Part shown: piece after piece, positions 13,283-25,300 of the stretch
Position numbering within the stretch: the stretch's first letter is position 1
How the letters are laid out: every line of letters begins with the position of its first letter
DNA from: Paragordius varius
Taxonomy: Eukaryota; Animalia; Nematomorpha
Assembly: GCA_964247055.1 (NCBI GenBank)
Contig: OZ176056.1
Location: 1,798,001 to 1,862,000 of the forward strand
Direction: 5' to 3'
Length of the DNA: 64,000 nt
Position numbers and translations under genes: made by a program
The notes under the pieces: model-generated
Told to the model about the DNA's origin: nothing
Databases searched by the model: none
The model's input: only the letters and a program-made list of their open reading frames with translations

Positions 13283-14655
13283 TATCAATTAAAATTATAT
13301 GAATGGCAAAAATATGTCCATTTATTTTATTCAAATTTTTTGGAAAAACTTTGCTAAATTGGTGAATAATTAGTATAGATATATATATATATATATATTA
13401 CGAATGCTATTAAGTCAAAAATGCGTCTCATAAAGCCATTTGTATTAGTTACCCCTGTTTTTTACCCATCTTATCTAATTATTGGTTTGTATAAATTGTG
13501 AGTCAATCAAAGTAATTAATTTAATTATATCTTAACATGCAAATTTATTGTTTTTATTTTTATTGATTAATACCTTAATTCTTCAATTTTTTCACAATTA
13601 AAATTCATGTAAATGTTGACAATGAATGCCATTATGTCTAATTATTTGTCCAAACTGTCCCATTTAAGATGTATAAAATAAATGAAATATGAATAAAAAT
13701 AGTATACGAGGAGAAGCAGCTAAAATTTTTTTTCCATAAATGACAGAATCCTTTTTATATTAAATATATTTTCATACTTGAGTCCGACCTTTGTAAATTG
13801 AGTTTGTTTTGTTGGGCCTTTCATACTTCTTCTAAAAATTATAACATTACTATAAAGTTTTATCTAATGTCAGTTTCATATCACAGATATTATTTTAAAC
13901 GTATCGCAATGATATTCGAAATTCTATGCTACTAAAATTCAAGGCATGGAAAATAATGAGTATAATATAAATATAAAAAATTAAAAGCAAATTATTATTT
14001 TTTTGAATAATATGATTCAATATCAGCAAAATTAATAATAAATTATAAATTTCGTTAAATTCTTCTACCTTCTTCGGATCAACTCAAAAATAAAGCTTGA
14101 TTATAAATACATTTTCATATATAAATACCGTTTTATTAGGGTCTTTCTTTATATTCGCAGCTGTATTGAAAATGAATAAGATTCCTAATTATTATTTACA
14201 AAATTCACATAATTATCTTTAACCATTTTAACAACACGTATTAAAATGATTCGACATTGTATTTCAAATCGGTCAAAGCAACTTATATTTTTTTATTCTT
14301 ATTATTATCGTTAAGCTTTTTTATTTCAAATAAACGGACGCTCTTTATTTCAATCCTAACTATGAGCTTTAAAATATTGCCCAATATCTGCATTTTTCCA
14401 ATATAGAACAAATTTTTAATATTTATAAGCATCGTTGGTTAACATTGCATAAAAATTGTTCAAATTCAATTGTAACCGAAATAAAAACTAAACTAAAAAA
14501 TGAGGTAATCAATTCTTTTACATAAAATTAAGATTTATACAATTGGCAAAGGCAATTAATATTAATGGTTGCTTATTTCACACTATAGTTGGGCATATGC
14601 AACACACAGAAGTGTATGGAAAAAAGAAAGGAATAAATTGTTTATTCAACATTTT

Positions 14656-15741
14656 GGGTGGAGTGAATAAAAAAAAGGAAACCCTTTAAGTGTTTCCTAT
14701 GCTCACTTTTTTAAAGAAAGGGTTTCCTTATAATTCATATAAAAAACACATCTGATTAACTCTCGAGTTTCCTTAAACCATGCCTAAAACCGATATAAGT
14801 ATACCTAAATAAAGTAATTTATTAATATTTAATATTTTAGATATCCCATAGTTTTAAATTAATCTATGGTGACGTATGTTGTAATTCAAAAGAAGCCTAT
14901 AAAAATCCTCAAAAAGATTTGTTGACAGTAACAAAGAATTATTATGAGATAGATCAGATAATAAAAGCAATAGATATGAAAACTTCTATGTTTTAAATAT
15001 TGCAAGAAACGTTGTCATAAAAGATTGCACGAAATTGGAGGAAATTTTCCTAAATTCTTTATCACAAAACGCACTGAATTGGAAGAATTCCTAAATTATC
15101 ATGACAATCTAATTTACATTTTATGATAATAAATAGATTAAAGTTTATTTACACATTTTTTTATGATAAAATAATAATTTTTATACAAATTTTCATTTGA
15201 CAAGAATCACATAAGATACTGATTGACTTTAAATTTTTGAGGTTGCATACAATAAGAAATGAGATTTGTTAAAAAGTTCGCACAAAAACTAGCTTAATAG
15301 TATTTGATGCCCGGGATCTACATGAAATCTGAAAAAAAATTTTTTTTGTTCTTATCTAAGATCGTAGAACAAACATTTAATTTCTACACTGTATTCCAAA
15401 TATACTAAAAAAATCTAAAATATTTAATAATAACTCTGAAAATTAAAATTTTAAATTTATTGAATCTAATATCAAAACCGTATTAGCTCTAATTGCCTTG
15501 TTTGATCCTCTACTATCGATTGTAATAAAATTTATAAATATTTAAGGATGGTATTTAGCATCCTAAAAAATATGTAGGGTTTCCTTTAATAAATTTTTTT
15601 ATTCACTTGAAAACAAGTGTTTCCTTAAAAATCTAATGTTAATTTTTTTAGGGTTTCCTTAGCTTTTTATTCACTCCAAATTAAGGAATCTCTTAAAAAA
15701 GCTAAGGAAAAAGTGTTTCCTTTTTTTTATTCACTCCACCC
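14656..15741. mobile_element. GGG...CCC-ended non-autonomous element (PIF/Harbinger-like) nested in an older small MITE
   Basis: Perfect TIR GGGTGGAGTGAATAAAAAAAAGGAAAC / GTTTCCTTTTTTTTATTCACTCCACCC with a 3-bp TTT duplication. Empty site CAACATTTTGTTG lies in copy B (~52,552-52,564), inside a ~170-bp TIR element (host ends ~14,566 and ~15,810 in A). Confidence 0.75.
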
Positions 15742-15976
15742 TTTGTTGTTTTTTCCATACACTAATTAATGTCTTGCATATTGCCCTACTATAGTGTGAA
15801 ATGAGAACCATTAAAATGCATACTTTAATTAAAATTTATATGTATTCTTAATTATATATTATTTTTTAAAAACATGTTCAAATACTTAAAATTTAGACAC
15901 GCTTTTACTTGTTTCTCCCGGCCATGCCTAAAAAAGTATGAATAATTTTTTTGTAAAACCTAAATTTATATTGTTA

Positions 15977-16515
15977 CAGTAAAAATCATTATAAGACGAA
16001 ATCTGAAAACATATAGACAATTTTTTTTCAAAAGCAATCATACTTTTTGTCTTAATTTTTCCTAAATAAACTATTATTTACATTCGTAGAATATATAAAT
16101 GTGTTACCAATATACATCTCTATTTCATAACAATGAGTTATAAACAGTAAAAGGAAATTATACGGACAAAACGAAAAATATAAAACATTTTTTTTCTAAA
16201 AGGCAACCATTTTAATCGAGATTTAAATCAATATAACTCATTATTTTAAATGGCAAAGTGTGAAATAAAAATATATAATATCAACACAATCAATTTCATA
16301 TTTTTCAAATGTAACTAATTAGCTTATATGAGAAACATTGAGATTTTAAAAAGTATGGTTGTCTTTTAGAAAAAAATATTTGTATTTATATTTTTACGTT
16401 TTGTCCGTATAATATCAATTTTTACTGTAATTGAATAAAGTCTTATGAACTATAGTCGTGTTGAAAAATATTGGTATTTATATTTTTACGTTTAGTCTGT
16501 ATTTAATTTTTACTA
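15977..16515. mobile_element. Compound CAGTAAAA-family MITE (inner ~16,145-16,427)
   Basis: Same TIR and subterminal motifs (TATACGGACAAAA, AGTATGGTTGTCTTTTAG). Copy B retains only a shorter version (~52,800-53,060). Confidence 0.65.
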
Positions 16516-16981
16516 TAAATATTATTATACACAACATAAAAAGTTTTATAATAACAAGACCTGTTCATAATAATATTTATCCATCAACTGAGTTTCATTT
16601 GAATCTGAAAAAATAAAACAGATGATACAATTATTTCCGTGAGTTTAATCCCGGTTACAATTTCATGCTTGTTATTATAAAAATGACCAGTCAATACTTA
16701 AACAACCATATCTTATGGCTATAAATACAAATATGAATTTGACATATGATAAACTTAATTTTATAACCAAATAAGTATTTTTAATAATATATATGGTCAT
16801 AGAAAAATTAGATTTTCACTGTTTAAACCATTTAACTCTTTATGATATTAAAGCGAGAATTGCATTTATAAGCCCGTTATTTTTTAATCGGTCAAATCAA
16901 TATTTCTCTTATATGAAACCCTAAATTAAACAATGAAGCACGTACAATACTTAGTTTAATATTATATTGTAATTTTAAAAC

Positions 16982-17252
16982 CAGGGGTATCCAACACAAA
17001 TGGCTTCGCAGGTCTTTTTGACTCAAAAAATCGGCGGACCGCAACCGATTATTTATATATATATATATATATTATATATATAGTATAAATATTTTGATCT
17101 ATTAATACATATTACAATATACATCAATTTCTAGTTTATTGCCTATCGGATAAAATAATTCAGAAAATATTTTATGAAATAATAATTTAAAATTCATAGG
17201 AATTTTTTTGAAAATATATTTCCAAACGCGGGCCGTGAATCGGACACCCCTG
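16982..17252. mobile_element. hAT-type MITE
   Basis: Termini CAGGGGTATCC ... GGACACCCCTG are typical of hAT MITEs. A degenerate copy at ~53,520-53,775 shows it predates the duplication. The 8-bp TSD is only partly preserved. Confidence 0.6.
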
Positions 17253-19827
17253 CCTCAAACCAATTAAAAATTATTTACATATAAATAATCTATATAAATA
17301 TTACTTATTGCAAATTCAGTAACAGACACGTTGGGTATTTTAGTGAGATTCTGCAAATTCAAAAATTGAATTAGACAAATAATGATTGCCTAATAAAAAT
17401 AATTATGCTTAAAAGGGATTATATTTAATTATAACTTGTATATTTTCTGAAATTCCTAATAATAAATACGCATGAAAATATAAATTATAATATCGATTGA
17501 AACAGCATTGTATTTGAAATCGAAACCGCCGTAATTAACTGTTTAAAACTTTTCCTTTTTATAAATCTCTTATAATGTATGATTTAGAATCATACGATGT
17601 CCGGTTATACATTCTTTCCATAAAAATGGTTATTTTTAATATATGGAATCAATTTACAATGACTTTAAAAACCAGCTCTATCAAAGACACTAAAACTAAA
17701 ACCGAATTTAAAATGAAACCATAAAAATTTTTTTTTTCAACAAATATGTGGAAAAGTCAAAACAAAAAATTGATTTGGAACCAATTTTTATTATTCTAAT
17801 ATCAACCGTTATGCATATTTAGAGTTTTTTTCGACAAAAGTATATATATACTTTGTTCAATTTCAGTTCTGGATTGATTAGTATTAGGTGAATAATTATC
17901 ATTCTTGATCTCAATAACTAATTTACGATAAAATGTTAACTATATGTAAAAAATATAAATTGACAGCTAATATATTTTTTTGATAAAAAATTTATTCATA
18001 TTAGTTAATCATAAATATTAATATTTTGAAGTAATTTAACAAATTATAATCAGGTAAAAACATAAAGATATGTAAGTGTATATCCTTACCAAATACAATC
18101 TGTTTACGATATGCTATATAATTATATTAAAAAAATTATTAAACTTTGTATAGCACGGATCAATATATAAAAGCCGGTTTATTGGCTTTATAATACAATT
18201 ATTCGCAAACCTTCATCAATCTTTAAAAATATACCATTGCTCTTCAAATTTATTCTTGAAAACTTTAAATTCACCCTCAAGCATTTTAAATAACTATAAA
18301 ATGTTTTTAAATATCTTAAATTACATATATTTTAAAATAAAATCTGAATATTATTATTATATCCGGAAAAACAATGCCATTGAGGAATTACGAATCAATT
18401 TAATAAGTTATTATGTATTTTTAAGACTTTTCGATAAATTAAAACCCTCAAGGTAAAGAGGTGTGAACTAAACTATCAAATCAATGTCAATATTGAAAAC
18501 TAATAAAACAATTATAATTTCAAATTTTTTGCATTTAATATAAAGTATAAATGGCTATTAATCAATGATAAAATGTTTGTTTTTCCATTTACGCAAATAA
18601 GTTATTTATAAGCTTTCTACCAAATACCTAATTATAGGTTAGTTACTAATGTTAAACTACTTCTCGTTTTAATTATTTCATTGAAGTTTCAAATCGACTT
18701 TACGAATGCCTAAATACGAATGCGTTTCATCACATATAATGGATTTAGTTGTATTTGTTTAGCATTATAATATCAAATTCTATATTGTTCGCAATTTATA
18801 GAAACTCAAAATTTAGAAATTACTGCAGAGCTAAAGTCAAAAAGGGTTTTTGGCGGATGTGAAGCAGAGACGTATTATTATAAAAACTGACTGACTGTTT
18901 TTATATCTATTTACTAACGTTGTAAGGTGTGCGGCTAAAAAAGAAGCGAAAATTGCAAGCCTGCATGACGAATCTATACTCTAATAACTAATTAAAAGAC
19001 TTTAACACGCAAAAAGGTAAGTTTTATTGTGAAAATCTAAGAATCTGTAAAATATTTTTAAAATTAATTGACATAATTTGCCATTTAAAGCAGTCAAAAA
19101 GGTTTAAAGGCACAAATTGGTGCAAATTACCTGTCGTTTGACTTAGTAGAATACATGCTATAAAATTATAAATTAATGTTCGCATAATAGGAATCATCAT
19201 CATCGGAATATTTAATAAAATATTTTTTAAAAAAATATTTGGATATTCACGTAAAAAAACATTTTATAAGGTCAGTTATCTATAGTACAAGGTACGCTCC
19301 AGCTACAATGTAATATATAAACAAGATAACAAACATTCTTTCTTAATAGTTATAACAGCCTAAGCAAAACAAAGTTAAATTACGTTTAGGATTAAAAATT
19401 ATTTTGCATAAATACTTAGTGAACAATAATTTTAAAGGGATTTGTAAATCCGTGCGAATAACAAGTATTTAAGCAACAATATAAGTTTTTAAAATGAATA
19501 AATGTATAATTTGAAGAAAAAAACAACCTTTTTCACATTATTTCAGGTTAAATAAAATATATAAATACTTATTCCTGTAATATTTTAATTTTAAATGTTA
19601 CGATTATGCCATTTATTATTTAAGTTTCGCTAATTATGGAACTTAAATGCAAAAATCATGGATCAATGATAACTGATTCCCTCAAATTGAAGGCAGTCAG
19701 CTCATGTCAAAAAAAAATCGTCAATTATTTTTAGTAGAATTAAAACGCGAGACCATTACAGTCACCATATAATTAATTATTGCAAAAAATATTGGGAGGA
19801 AGCAAGTAGTTGAATTATATATATATA

Positions 19828-20719
19828 CTGTGTGCAAAAAAGAGGGTCATTTTGATTTAACGAATTTTTTTTTAATGAGATAGCTTATGACCAGCGTAGC
19901 CGCAAAAATTTTTATTTGTTGACAACCTAGTTTTTGAGATATAGAAAGAAAATCGAAATCGGGCAAAAATGGAAAAATAAGGATAATTAAGGATAATTAA
20001 AAAAATAATGATAAAATTTGAAATATTACGGTTTATTATCATTTTAGGAGATATTTTCAATATATCAACCAACAATCCTTACAATTTCCTGTAACAAGTC
20101 TGTATGACAAATTAATATTTGTGTTGGGATTTGTATGGATTGTTGGTTGATATTCCACTAATTTTCAATCCTATCATGCATAAATTAATACTTAAAAATT
20201 CCCACTCATTTAAGAATTCAAAATAAAACAGTATAAATTTTTTATACACTCATAAACCAGATGACAAAAAAGTGCAAAAATAAAAAACAATATTTTTGGT
20301 TTTATTTTGATATAGAAGTTTATTTTACTGATTAAAATATAAATTTTAAAATTATAATAGTGAGTTTAGGTAGTAAATAATTAAAAAAATATATTTTAAT
20401 ATAGTTTCATTAAAATTTTGTCTTTTAAGTGTGATAAAAAAACGCCATCTTTTGACCTGAAATTTTATAGAAACCCAAACTATATGATTTTAGGCTATTT
20501 ATATATTGAAAACCTAAAATGATAATAAACCATAATATTTCAAATTTATTATTATTTTTTGAATTATCATTAATTATCCTTAATTTTAACTTTTTGCCCG
20601 ATTTCGATTTTCTCTCAATATCTCAAAAACTAGGTTGTCAACAAATAAAAATTTTTGCGGCAAATGAATACGCTGGTCATAAGCTATCTCATAAAAAAAA
20701 ATTTTTGCGTTTCCATACA

Positions 20720-20720
<1 letters not shown>
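19828..20720. mobile_element. Long-TIR (~220 bp) foldback/MITE inserted in a (TA)n tract
   Basis: ~19,870-20,050 is an imperfect reverse complement of ~20,510-20,700. Termini CTGTGTG / CATACAG are flanked by TA repeats. Absent from copy B. Confidence 0.8.
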
Positions 20721-20756
<36 letters not shown>

Positions 20757-20879
20757 ATATTATGGAAAAACGACGTTTTTGATAAATCAAAGGATGAAAT
20801 TATCAAAATATTTAAACTAGTATATTTTAATTTTGGAATTCAAATAATATATTTTATAATTGTTTGCATTAGTTTATAA

Positions 20880-21213
20880 AATTAAAACTCTTAGGAATTG
20901 CCGGAACCAGTTCACCAAAAAAAACATTCTTTGTGGGACATTAACCCCTTAAAAATACAATAAGATTTGGTCGTCGCATGATATCGGAAAAGCTGGACAT
21001 ACATGACGAACGTTCAATAAATCCTTTAAAAATTTCTCCAAACAAATTTGTCAGACAGAATACCCAACTCTCTACTATTTTAACAAAATTAATTCTGAAA
21101 TGCCTCCCATTGGCAATACACCAAAAACTCTCCGGTGATAATTTTTCTCACATCAGAATTTAAATTAAACCTTTGTTTGCTTCCAAATGGAATCAAATTT
21201 TGTAAAAAAATAA

Positions 21214-21265
<52 letters not shown>

Positions 21266-22260
21266 TGCAACTTAACTTTGAAAAATTTTTTTAATCAAAA
21301 TTCTGAGGTGATATGTAAAGCATTAGTAAATATAAAAAAAGTCTTTTTATAACTTATCAAAGCGTACTTAAACCGTTTTCGTCATGTATGTTTGAAAATG
21401 GCATGCAATACGGCTTCATTTTGACGAAATCTTAGTTTTAAAACATTTTTCTTAAAATAATTTTTTAATGTCATAGGTGTTCAATTTGTCGCGCGATGTC
21501 GGCATTTTGCGTTATTTTAGAAAAACCATTCATTTTAGGAACCGTCCGTTGTTCGCAATCTAATGGTATGACCCAAAACGAAATCAACATAGAATTTTTA
21601 TCATTTTTTATCAGAATACATATAATTGGGTATTTTTCATAATACCTTCCCCGATTTGTTAACATTTAAATTTATTTATATTTACGAATTTACAACAACT
21701 ATTTATTTAAAAAGATAACCAACTCTTTTAAAATTAGATAATTCCTACATAAATTAAAATCAATTTTTTTATGTTTATAAAATGATTGTCTCAACATTTA
21801 ATATACCATACTTTGCACAAACGGTGATTCTATAACATATGGTTATGAAATATGGTAATATTTTATCTCTACTGTATAATTTTTAAGAATTCTGTATTTG
21901 GAAATAAATCTTGCCAATAACTTTTAATTTGGTTAAAAAAATTGAAGGTAGTATACGGAATCGCTGTGTCTGTCTTAATTGTTTTATATCAAAATATATA
22001 ACATATATTATTAAAAAATAAAACCATACAATATTCGAATATTATATACGATTAAAATTATTTATTTTTTATTTTGTAAGGTGTTATGACCCCATTTTTG
22101 TGGTTATATATGTATTATTTAAGAAAACATTAAAAATATTGGATATCAAAATAATAATGGCTGCAATTCTTTTGTAGTTTGTTTTGAGAGTTGGAGAATA
22201 AGATATGTGACAAAAATAAGAGTGAGATAGGCAAATTGGAATTATATGAAAAGCCAAATA
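20880..22260 (-). other. Candidate 5' exons of the duplicated gene (copy A; paralog ~56,830-58,330)
   Basis: Conserved blocks with open minus-strand frames in both copies (A: SMLISFWVIPLDCEQRTVPKMNG; B: SMLLSFWVLPLDCEKLTVTKMNG; both: CMPFSNIHDENG). The N-terminal stretch is hydrophobic and signal-like. Splice phases were not resolved. Confidence 0.35.
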
Positions 22261-22310
22261 CGGTACTGTTAGTTTTTGCTGTATCGATAAAAAACCTTTT
22301 GGCCTAGTCT

Positions 22311-22318
22311 TTTATATA
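22311..22318 (-). promoter_or_regulatory. Possible TATA box (TATATAAA on the minus strand) abutting satellite array 1
   Basis: Lies 2 nt from the first satellite base and upstream of the candidate 5' exons. Weak evidence in such AT-rich DNA, and not retained in copy B. Confidence 0.2.
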
Positions 22319-22320
22319 AA

Positions 22321-25300
22321 CTCATCGACGAAGCCGCAATTCAGTAACAAGATAGATAGTGTTTTAGTTGTTAACGAGTTGAGAATTGATTGAAAACAGA
22401 TTTTGCCAGACGGTTTATTTTAAGATTTGGCTAACTTGAGTTTACTGTAAAGGACTAAACAGATTAAAGTATTATTGTGGACATCCACTCATCACCGAAG
22501 CCCCAATTCAGTAACAAGATAGATGGTGTTTTAGTTGTTAACAAGTTGAGAATTGATTAAAAACAGATTTTGCCGGACGGTTTATTGTAAGATTTGGCTA
22601 ACTTGAGTTTACTGTAAAGGACTAAACAGATTAAAGTATTATTGTGGACATCCACTCATCACCGAAGCCCCAATTCAGTAACAAGATAGACGGTGTTTTG
22701 GTTGTTAACGAGTTGAGAATTGATTGAAAACAGATTTTGCCGGACGGTTTATTGTAAGATTTGGCTAACTTGAGTTTACTGTAAAGGACTAAACAGATTA
22801 AAGTATTATTGTGGACATCCACTCATCACCGAAGCCCCAATTCAGTAACAAGATAGACGGTGTTTTAGTTGTTAACAAGTTGAGAATTGATTGAAAACAG
22901 ATTTTGCCGGACGGTTTATTGTAAGATTTGGCTAACTTGAGTTTACTGTAAAGGACTAAACAGATTAAAGTATTATTGTGGACATCCACTCATCACCGAA
23001 GCCCCAATTCAGTAACAAGATAGACGGTGTTTTAGTTGTTAACAAGTTGAGAATTGATTGAAAACAGATTTTGCCGGACGGTTTATTGTAAGATTTGGCT
23101 AACTTGAGTTTACTGTAAAGGACTAAACAGACTAAAGTATTATTGTGGACATCCACTCATCACCGAAGCCCCAATTCAGTAACAAGATAGATGGTGTTTT
23201 GGTTGTTAACGTGATGAGAATTGATTGAAAACAGATTTTGACGGACGGTTTATTGTAAGACTTGGCTAACTTCATTTTACTGTAAAGGACTAAATAGATT
23301 AGTTATTTTTGCATCCACTCATCACCGAAGCCCCAATTCAGTAACAAGATAGATGGTGTTTTAGTTGTTAACGAGTTGAGAATTGATTGAAATCAGATTT
23401 CGCCGGACAGTTTATTGTAAGAATTAGCTAACTTGAGTTTACCGTAAAGGACTAAATAGATTAGTTATTTTTGCATCCACTCATCACCGAAGCCCCAATT
23501 CAGTATCAAGATAGATGGTGTTTTAGTTGTTAACGAGTTGAGAATTGATTGAAAACAGATTTCGCCGGACAGTTTATTGTAAGACTTGGCTAACTTGGGT
23601 TTACTGTAAAGGACTAAACAGATTAAGTTATTTTGTGCATCCACTCATCACCGAAGCCCCCATTCAGTAACAAGATAGATGGTGTTTTAGTTGTTAACGA
23701 GTTGAGAATTGATTGAAAACAGATTTTGCCGGACGGTTGATTGTAAGACTTGGCTAACTTGAGTTTACTGTAAAGGACTAAACAGATTAAAGTATTATTG
23801 TGTACATCCACTCATCACCGAAGCCCCAATTCAGTAACAAGATAGACGGTGTTTTGGTTGTTAACGAGTTGAGAATTGATTGAAAACAGATTTTGCCGGA
23901 CGGTTTATTGTAAAGACTTGGCTAACTTGAGTTTACTGTAAAGGACTAAACAGATTAAAGTATTATTGTGTACATCCACTCATCACCGAAGCCGCCATTC
24001 AGTAACAAGATAGATGGTGTTTTGGTTGTTAACGAGTTGAGAATTGATTGAAAACAGATTTTGCCGGACGGTTTATTGTAAGACTTGGCTAACTTGAGTT
24101 TACTGTAAAGGACTAAACAGATTAAAGTATTAATGTGTACATCCACTCATCACCGAAGCCCCAATTCAGTAACAAGATAGATGGTGTTTTAGTTGTTAAC
24201 AAGTTGAGAAATGATTGAAAACAGATTTTGCCGGACGGTTTATTGTAAGATTTGGCTAACTTGAGTTTACTGTAAAGGACTAAACAGATTAAAGTATTAT
24301 TGTGGACATCCACTCATCACCGAAGCCCCAATTCAGTAACAAGATAGATGGTGTTTTAGTTGTTAACGAGTTGAGAATTGATTAAAAACAGATTTCGCCG
24401 GACAGTTTATTGTAAGATTTGGCTAACTTGAGTTTACTGTAAAGGACTAAACACATTAAAGTATTATTGTGGACATCCACTCATCACCGAAGCCCCAATT
24501 CAGTAACAAGATAGACGGTGTTTTAGTTGTTAACAAGTTGAGAATTGATTGAAAACAGATTTTGCCGGATGGTTTATTGTAAGATTTGGCTAACTTGAGT
24601 TTACTGTAAAGGACTAAACAGATTAAGTTATTTTGTGCATCCACTCATCACCGAAGCCCCAAATCAGTAACAAGATAGATGGTGTTTTAGTTGTTAACGA
24701 GTTGAGAATTGATTGAAAACAGATTTTGCCGGACGGTTGATTGTAAGACTTGGCTAACTTGAGTTTTTTGTAAAGGACTAAACAGATTAAAGTATTATTG
24801 TGTACATCCACTCATCACCGAAGCCCCAATTCAGTAACAAGATAGACGGTGTTTTGGTTGTTAACGAGTTGAGAATTGATTGAAAACAGATTTTGCCGGA
24901 CGGTTTATTGTAGAGACTTGGCTAACTTGAGTTTACTGTAAAGGACTAAACAGATTAAGTTATTTTGTGCATCCACTCATCACCGAAGCCCCAAATCAGT
25001 AACAAGATAGATGGTGTTTTAGTTGTTAACGAGTTGAGAATTGATTGAAAACAGATATTGCCGGACGGTTGATTGTAAGACTTGGCTAACTTGAGTTTTT
25101 TGTAAAGGACTAAACAGATTAAAGTATTATTGTGTACATCCACTCATCACCGAAGCCCCAATTCAGTAACAAGATAGACGGTGTTTTGGTTGTTAACGAG
25201 TTGAGAATTGATTGAAAACAGATTTTGCCGGACGGTTTATTGTAAAGACTTGGCTAACCTGAGTTTACTGTAAAGGACTAAACAGATTAAAGTATTATTG

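Larger units (their letters stand above)
190..17917 (-). pseudogene. Micro-exon-rich multi-exon gene, copy A (unknown family; probably damaged; may be more than one gene)
   Basis: AG/GT-flanked exons conserved with copy B. Examples: 190-236 (EVLEEAIRNLKPAPE*, terminal), 335-370 (DALGLEDPEISK), 1444-1464, 1712-1729, 7079-7099, 7147-7167, 7306-7323 (ADKYWS), 7397-7435 (AKDLKLVMTESFK), 7763-7792, 8440-8481, 8744-8773, 8965-8997, 9212-9259, 9365-9370, 9411-9425, 11326-11331, 11685-11702 (GALAPQG), 11755-11775, 14129-14160, 15909-15927 (AWPGET), 16561-16604 (DSNETQLMDKYYYEQ), 17852-17917. Lesions: exon 8850-8892 is 43 nt versus 42 in B, and an acceptor near 8595 is lost. Confidence 0.75.
100..22300 (+). 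repeat. Segmental/tandem duplication, copy A (homologous to ~41,595-58,340)
   Basis: Collinear similarity along the whole length once copy-specific TE insertions are removed. Anchors: 181-240 vs 41,670-41,725; 13,780-13,830 vs 51,670-51,735; 22,080-22,250 vs 58,140-58,325. Confidence 0.95.

Noticed and set aside
22470-22500. Hammerhead in the satellite (minus-strand GTGATGAG)
   Set aside because: It lacks the C of CUGA, a stem II and a downstream GAAA.
22630-22680. Plus-strand AG|48 nt|GT pseudo-exon in each monomer (LKYYCGHPLITEAPI) with an upstream CTAAC
   Set aside because: Common monomer variants shorten this segment by 1-2 nt, so the frame is not conserved.
22745-22790. Resemblance of GGTTTATTGTAAG...AACTTGAG to a nematode spliced-leader exon
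   Set aside because: No GT donor follows, there is no convincing Sm site, and the match is weak.
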